Source of the DNA: a virus
Reading direction: 5' to 3' (one strand)
Length of the DNA stretch: 64,000 bases
IMG/VR virus record: IMGVR_UViG_3300045996_002966
Coordinates: 7,960-71,959 of that record
Under the pieces are notes generated by a model, which saw only the letters and a program-made list of their open reading frames with translations, ran no database searches and was not told the origin of the DNA. Positions 59,187 through 64,000 of the stretch are shown here, in pieces (positions within the stretch are counted from its first letter, which is position 1; the number at the start of each line of letters is the position of its first letter). Both the position numbers and the translations under genes were made by a program.

Positions 59187-61131
59187 GCCCGTCGCCGTTG
59201 ACTTTGAAACCCTCGGTATCGAGGGGCGACCTCACTACCCGCCCTCGCCCGTAGGGGTATCGATCAAGTACCCCGGCAAGAAGTCCCGCTACTACGCATG
59301 GGGTCACCTCGAGGGGAACAACTGCACCTGGGGCGAAGGGCAGCGAGCGGTGGCCGAGGCCTATCAGCATAAAGGCGGGTTGGTCTTCCAGAATGGGAAG
59401 TTCGACCTCGACGTCGCGGAGGTTCATCTCGGCCTCGCGCTACCACCCTGGCAGCAGGTCCACGACACGATGCTGCTGCTCTACCTCGACGATCCGCACC
59501 AGATCGAGCTAGGGCTCAAGCCCTCCGCGGAACGCCTCCTGGGCCTGCCACCCGAGGAGCAGGACGCCGTGGGTGAGTGGCTCCTTGCGCGCCAGCCCTT
59601 GCTGGGGCAGGGCGTGAGAATCTCTAAGAGCAAGCAAAGCGAGCACTACTATGGCCGCTACATCTGCCTCGCCCCCGGTGACCTGGTTGGACGGTACGCG
59701 GGAGGCGACACCGACCGAACCGCCGCCATCTTCAACCTCCTCTACGCTCGGACGCGCGAGCGCGGGATGGCTCAGGCGTACGACCGTGAACGCGAGCTAT
59801 TGCTCATCTTGCTGCGAATGGAGAGGCGCGGTCTCCCGATCGACCTGCCCCGTCTGCGGCGGGATGTGGATCTATACCGCGATTGGATGACGCGCCTCGA
59901 TGCCTGGATCTTCAAGCGGCTGAAGGTCGACCCTGGCGCCGTCAACCTGAATAGTGGTGAGCAGTTGGTCCAGGCGATGATTGACGCGGGCTGCGCCGAT
60001 CCGGCTCTGATTCCAAAGACAAAGACGGGGAAGTATCAGAGCAACAAGGAGGCGCTGCTCATCGGGGTTACCGACGTGACGCTGCTGGCGGTGCTGAAGT
60101 ACCGGGCCCAGCTGAAGACCTGCGTGGAGACCTTCATGGTGCCGTGGCTGGCAACAGCCGAGCGCTCGGAAGGTTTCATCTATACACCTTGGAACCAGGT
60201 GAAGAACACCGACGGCTCCGGCAGCGTCGGTACCCGAACGGGGCGCCTCTCCTCGAGCCGGTTCCAGAACATCCCGAAGGAGTTCGAGCCGATCTTCAAG
60301 AGCAAGGATCACCCGGAGCTACCGCGTTGCCCACTGAAGGATCTGCCCGACCTGCCGTTGGTTCGTTCCTACATCACACCCTTCCCCGGTCACGTACTGA
60401 TCGACCGGGACTACTCGCAACAGGAGCCGCGCATCCTCGCTCACTTCGATGGTGGTGAGCTGATGCAGAAGTACCTTGATAACCCGTGGATCGATTTTCA
60501 CGACTATGCTCGGGACGAGCTGGCGAAGCGGGGTAAGCACTACCAGCGTAAGCCGGTGAAGAACACGAACCTCGGGCTGATCTACGGGATGGGCGTGGGC
60601 AAGCTCGCCATTAAGAACAATATGACGGTTGAGGAGTCGGGCTTGCTCAAGAGCGCGATCCTCCAGCTCTACCCCGGCTTGAAGCAGATGTACTCTGAGA
60701 TGCGGCGCCGAGCGCGGGCTAACGAACCGGTGCGCACTTGGGGCGGACGCGAATATTACTGCGAGCCGCCGAAGATCATCGATGGTAAAATCCGGCAGTT
60801 CGATTACAAGATGGTGAACGTGCTGATTCAGGGCTCGGCTGCGGATTGCACGAAAGAGGCGATCATCCGCCTGCAGAACGCGATCGACGCGGTTGGTAAA
60901 GGCGACACCTGGTTCATTCTGTTGAACGTCCACGATCAGTTGACCGCTAGCGTGCCGATCGCCGACCTGGTAGAGGCGATGGACCTGATGCGGGGCTGCA
61001 TGGAGGGTATCGAATTCGACGTGCCGATGCTCTCCGAGGGCAGCGTGTCCTTCACGAACTGGGCTGAGCTGCGGGACTACGACAAGAAGGGTCGGCTCGT
61101 CGACGACTGGAAAATGGCCATCGCGGCCTAA
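59179..61131 (+). CDS. polA: Family A DNA polymerase with 3'-5' exonuclease
   Basis: DFET, NGKFD, YAGGD; TGRLSS, DYSQQEPR, K..NLGLIYGMG, IQGSAAD, VHDQ. Confidence 0.96.
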   Translation: MTKPVAVDFETLGIEGRPHYPPSPVGVSIKYPGKKSRYYAWGHLEGNNCTWGEGQRAVAEAYQHKGGLVFQNGKFDLDVAEVHLGLALPPWQQVHDTMLLLYLDDPHQIELGLKPSAERLLGLPPEEQDAVGEWLLARQPLLGQGVRISKSKQSEHYYGRYICLAPGDLVGRYAGGDTDRTAAIFNLLYARTRERGMAQAYDRERELLLILLRMERRGLPIDLPRLRRDVDLYRDWMTRLDAWIFKRLKVDPGAVNLNSGEQLVQAMIDAGCADPALIPKTKTGKYQSNKEALLIGVTDVTLLAVLKYRAQLKTCVETFMVPWLATAERSEGFIYTPWNQVKNTDGSGSVGTRTGRLSSSRFQNIPKEFEPIFKSKDHPELPRCPLKDLPDLPLVRSYITPFPGHVLIDRDYSQQEPRILAHFDGGELMQKYLDNPWIDFHDYARDELAKRGKHYQRKPVKNTNLGLIYGMGVGKLAIKNNMTVEESGLLKSAILQLYPGLKQMYSEMRRRARANEPVRTWGGREYYCEPPKIIDGKIRQFDYKMVNVLIQGSAADCTKEAIIRLQNAIDAVGKGDTWFILLNVHDQLTASVPIADLVEAMDLMRGCMEGIEFDVPMLSEGSVSFTNWAELRDYDKKGRLVDDWKMAIAA

Positions 61132-61140
61132 GGAGTTCAC

Positions 61141-61908
61141 ATGGCATTTGGCGCACCTCCCAAAACGACTCGCAAAGTCATCCCCATCAAGAAGATCACC
61201 AGCTGGTCGTTCTCGAGGCTCTCCGATTATACCCAGTGCCCGCTGAAGGCCAAGCTGAAGCACATCGATCGAATCAAGGAGCCACCGAACGCCGCCATGG
61301 ATCGTGGCTCGGCGATCCATACCCAGGCTGAGCATTACATCACGGCCCTGGTCCCGGCGCGCTTGCCCTCCGACTCCCCGCTGCGCCCGATCCAGGCCGA
61401 GCTGAAGCGCCTGCGCAAGCGATTCCTCGAGCATCCGGAGACGATCACCGTTGAGGATACGTGGGCCTTCCGGTCCGACTGGACGCGTACCACCTACGAC
61501 GATTGGAACGGATGCGCGGTACGCATCAAGCTGGACTGCGCTCACTTCAAGGATGATCGGACGCTGGTCGTCACCGACTGGAAAACGGGGAAATACCGGC
61601 CCGAGCAGCAGACGGAGTACCACGAGCAGCTCGACCTCTACGCGCTGGGCGCGCTTCTCTGGTTCCCTGAGATCGAAACGGTTATCCCCCGCTTGGTCTA
61701 CGTGGACCACGGGATCATCTGGCCGCCGGAGGACAAGCCCATCATCTACACGCGGGCGCAGCTGCCGATGCTGCTGAAGAAGTGGGAGAAGCGAGTAAAG
61801 CCAATGCTCTCGGATACGATCTTCGCCCCGAGGCCGAACAACTTTTGCCATTGGTGCTTCTTCAGGGCGGCAAACAAGGAGAACGGCGGCGGACAGTGTA
61901 AATATTAA
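61141..61908 (+). CDS. PD-(D/E)xK Cas4/RecB-like exonuclease
   Basis: WSFSRL..Y.QCP, RG..IH, KLD, DWKTGK, QL.LYA and C.WC...C. Confidence 0.9.
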   Translation: MAFGAPPKTTRKVIPIKKITSWSFSRLSDYTQCPLKAKLKHIDRIKEPPNAAMDRGSAIHTQAEHYITALVPARLPSDSPLRPIQAELKRLRKRFLEHPETITVEDTWAFRSDWTRTTYDDWNGCAVRIKLDCAHFKDDRTLVVTDWKTGKYRPEQQTEYHEQLDLYALGALLWFPEIETVIPRLVYVDHGIIWPPEDKPIIYTRAQLPMLLKKWEKRVKPMLSDTIFAPRPNNFCHWCFFRAANKENGGGQCKY

Positions 61909-61918
61909 GGAGGAAACG

Positions 61919-62179
61919 ATGAATGAGAATCGAGATGGGGTCGCGCCAAGCTCGTATCTAGGCGAGTGGGATCCGAAGCAATATAACTTCGTGGCCTCGC
62001 AGCCGGGAACGACCCCGCGGCACCGAACGGGAACCCTGTTCTTGACCAAAACTCCCGACCCGCGCAACCGGCGGAAGGTCATCTGCCACCTCTGCGAGAT
62101 TGTCAGCGTCTACGTGGACCACGGGCAGGGCTTTACGCGCTACGGGCTCCTCTACTGGGGCGGTGAGGGTATGCTATGA
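61919..62179 (+). CDS. Hypothetical protein
   Basis: AAGGAGG RBS. Confidence 0.65.
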   Translation: MNENRDGVAPSSYLGEWDPKQYNFVASQPGTTPRHRTGTLFLTKTPDPRNRRKVICHLCEIVSVYVDHGQGFTRYGLLYWGGEGML

Positions 62180-62409
62180 AGAAAACTATTGGTCAAGCTA
62201 AGCCTGAGGTGCTACGTGTTCTTGCTGCTGACTGCGCTGAGGCCGATGATCGTTATCCGTCCTGGTCGGCCACGGAGTACGTGCGCAAGCAAGGAGGATT
62301 GGCAGCCTATACCATGGCGGGCCTAGGTCTTGACGGTTGGATGGTGCTGCGTGGCGGTGAGGCGTCGATAGCCTTCTGCTTGGCGGCTGCCATGATTGAA
62401 AACCCCTAA
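62176..62409 (+). CDS. Hypothetical protein
   Basis: GAGG RBS; ATGA overlap. Confidence 0.65.
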   Translation: MKKTIGQAKPEVLRVLAADCAEADDRYPSWSATEYVRKQGGLAAYTMAGLGLDGWMVLRGGEASIAFCLAAAMIENP

Positions 62410-62422
62410 GGAGCTACTTACC

Positions 62423-62725
62423 ATGGAAACGCACTATATCGATCTTGATCATATCCACTTCGATGTTTATCAAATGCCGGCCGACGATGGGATCCTGGCG
62501 CAGACCGACGCCGATGAGATCGCCGAGTGTGGGTGCACCTACGACGTGCTGCAGGAGGAAGGCCCCGCCGGTGGCAACCCCCTGATCCGTGTGCGCGGTA
62601 CGCAGGAGCAGCTCACCCGCTACGTGCGCGACTTCTATGCGGCCAACGATAGCAAGGAGGCGGAGTTTTTCCTCAAGGACATCCTGCCTCTGCCCCCGGT
62701 AGATTACCAAGTTGGGCGACGCTAA
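62423..62725 (+). CDS. Acidic hypothetical protein (GPAGGNP motif)
   Basis: AAGGAG RBS. Confidence 0.7.
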   Translation: METHYIDLDHIHFDVYQMPADDGILAQTDADEIAECGCTYDVLQEEGPAGGNPLIRVRGTQEQLTRYVRDFYAANDSKEAEFFLKDILPLPPVDYQVGRR

Positions 62726-63044
62726 GGAGACCGCCGTGGCCGGCCCCGAAGCGACCATCGAGCGTTGGGTTGAGAAGCAGGCGAAGATCCGCCACGGGAT
62801 CGAGAGCGCCAAGTGGGGCCAGGATGGCTGGCCTGATCGCGTTTTCTTCCTACCTGGGGGTAAGCCCCTGGTCATTGAATTTAAAGCGCCTGGCGAGGCT
62901 CCTAGCGAGCGGCAGGCCTATCGGGTGGGGTTCCTGCAGCAGCTGGGCTACGACGTGGAGGTGCACGATGACCGGGAGCAGGCCCTGGAGGCGATCCGGA
63001 GCCGGGTGGAGGCGTATTTTAAAGGGGTGGGGTATGGACACTGA
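62712..63044 (+). CDS. VRR-NUC domain nuclease; start uncertain
   Basis: E..IE, GWPDR, IEFKAPG...S.RQ motifs. Confidence 0.9.
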   Translation: MGDAKETAVAGPEATIERWVEKQAKIRHGIESAKWGQDGWPDRVFFLPGGKPLVIEFKAPGEAPSERQAYRVGFLQQLGYDVEVHDDREQALEAIRSRVEAYFKGVGYGH

Positions 63045-63201
63045 CCTAGATCGTAGTGACGCGGCCGACGCGCGCCGCTTCCGTTGGTTGTTGAACGGCA
63101 ACGGGTACTTCCTCGAGGAGGCGATGCTCTGCGGTCATGAACAGTTTGATGAAAGCGACGAAGCCCGGCGCGCGATCGACAAGGCGATGAAGGATGACTA
63201 A
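63034..63201 (+). CDS. Small hypothetical protein (DARRFRWL...AIDKAM)
   Basis: Common small phage motif. Confidence 0.7.
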   Translation: MDTDLDRSDAADARRFRWLLNGNGYFLEEAMLCGHEQFDESDEARRAIDKAMKDD

Positions 63202-64000
63202 CGACCTCTACGCCATCCAGCCGCAGAAGTGGATGCCGCACGCCTATCAGAAGAAGGCCCTCAAATTCCTGATTGAGCACGCGGCCGCCGGCCTGCTGCT
63301 TGACCCTGGGTTGGGTAAAACCTCGATCACCTACGGCGCGATTCGCTTCCTGAAGAAGCGCAGTCTCATCCAGAAGGTGCTCATCATCGCACCGCTGCGC
63401 GTCTGCAGCCTCGTGTGGCCGGCGGAACGCGAGAAGTGGATCGACTTCCACGACCTGCGGGTGGTGGTGCTTCACGGCCCGAAGAAGGATCAGCTGCTGC
63501 GCGAGGACGCGGACATCTACATCATCAACCCCGAGGGCCTGGATTGGCTCCTGCAGACCGAGAAGGTGAAACTACCTTCCGGCAAAACACGGGTCATCGT
63601 GAACCTGCGTCGTTTCAAGGCCCTGGGCTTCGATGCCCTGGTCGTCGACGAGCTATCGAAGTTTAAGCACACGAACACGAACCGCTACAAGGCTCTCAAG
63701 CAGGTGGTGCCGACCTTCGCCTATCGCTGGGGCCTGACCGGCAGCCCGGCCTCGAACGGGCTCCTAGACCTATTCGGCCAATGCTACATCCTCGACGAGG
63801 GGCGCACCCTGGGCCCTTACATCACGAAGTACCGGCAGACCTACTTCAACCCCGACTGGAACGGGTTCGGCTGGACGCTGAAGGAGGGCGCCGACCAAGC
63901 GATCTATGAGCGCATCGCGCCTCTCATGCTGCGCATGGCGGGCGAGGATTACCTTGAGCTGCCGCAGCTGGTTGAGCACCGCATCGAGGTCCAGCTGCCG
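63194..64000 (+). CDS. SNF2-family helicase (truncated by window edge; not in the ORF track)
   Basis: PHAYQ, DPGLGKT, LIIAPLRV, VVDELSKFK and GLTGSPASNG..DL..Q. Confidence 0.92.
   Translation, partial: MTNDLYAIQPQKWMPHAYQKKALKFLIEHAAAGLLLDPGLGKTSITYGAIRFLKKRSLIQKVLIIAPLRVCSLVWPAEREKWIDFHDLRVVVLHGPKKDQLLREDADIYIINPEGLDWLLQTEKVKLPSGKTRVIVNLRRFKALGFDALVVDELSKFKHTNTNRYKALKQVVPTFAYRWGLTGSPASNGLLDLFGQCYILDEGRTLGPYITKYRQTYFNPDWNGFGWTLKEGADQAIYERIAPLMLRMAGEDYLELPQLVEHRIEVQLP

Noticed and set aside
61141-61908. Cas4 as evidence of a CRISPR system
   Set aside because: Stand-alone Cas4-like nucleases are routine in phage replication modules; no array or other cas genes are present.
60319-62082. 587-aa - strand ORF (likewise 24-710, 47567-48541 and 34145-35143)
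   Set aside because: Antisense shadows of well-supported genes.

Overview
This window holds most of the genome of a GC-rich, long-tailed (siphovirus-type) dsDNA phage of a Gram-negative host; it carries a spanin pair and lipoboxes. No integrase, repressor, CRISPR array or reverse transcriptase is recognisable. Layout: (1) 1-11.3 kb, + strand: a thymidylate-synthase-family gene, a dCMP deaminase and many small early genes driven by a repeated ~55-bp promoter unit. (2) 11.4-49.3 kb, - strand: lysis genes, an unusually large block (~15.5-33 kb) of tail-tip and accessory virion genes, then tail, head and terminase genes. (3) 49.4-49.9 kb: an AT-rich, repeat-rich divergent spacer (origin or packaging candidate). 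(4) 49.9-64 kb, + strand: primase-helicase, a tRNA-like element, SSB/annealing protein, PolA, Cas4-like nuclease, VRR-NUC and a truncated SNF2 helicase. Most notable observations: the conserved tail-hub gene appears split in two by a ~5.1-kb cassette of receptor-binding-like genes; two runs of accessory virion genes are stacked in one reading frame; short FTF beta-strand motifs recur at N-termini; the TS homolog has Asp at the substrate-specificity position, suggesting cytosine modification; one promoter cassette sits antisense inside the head operon; and there are two candidate structured RNAs. All family assignments come from motif recognition by eye, not database searches.
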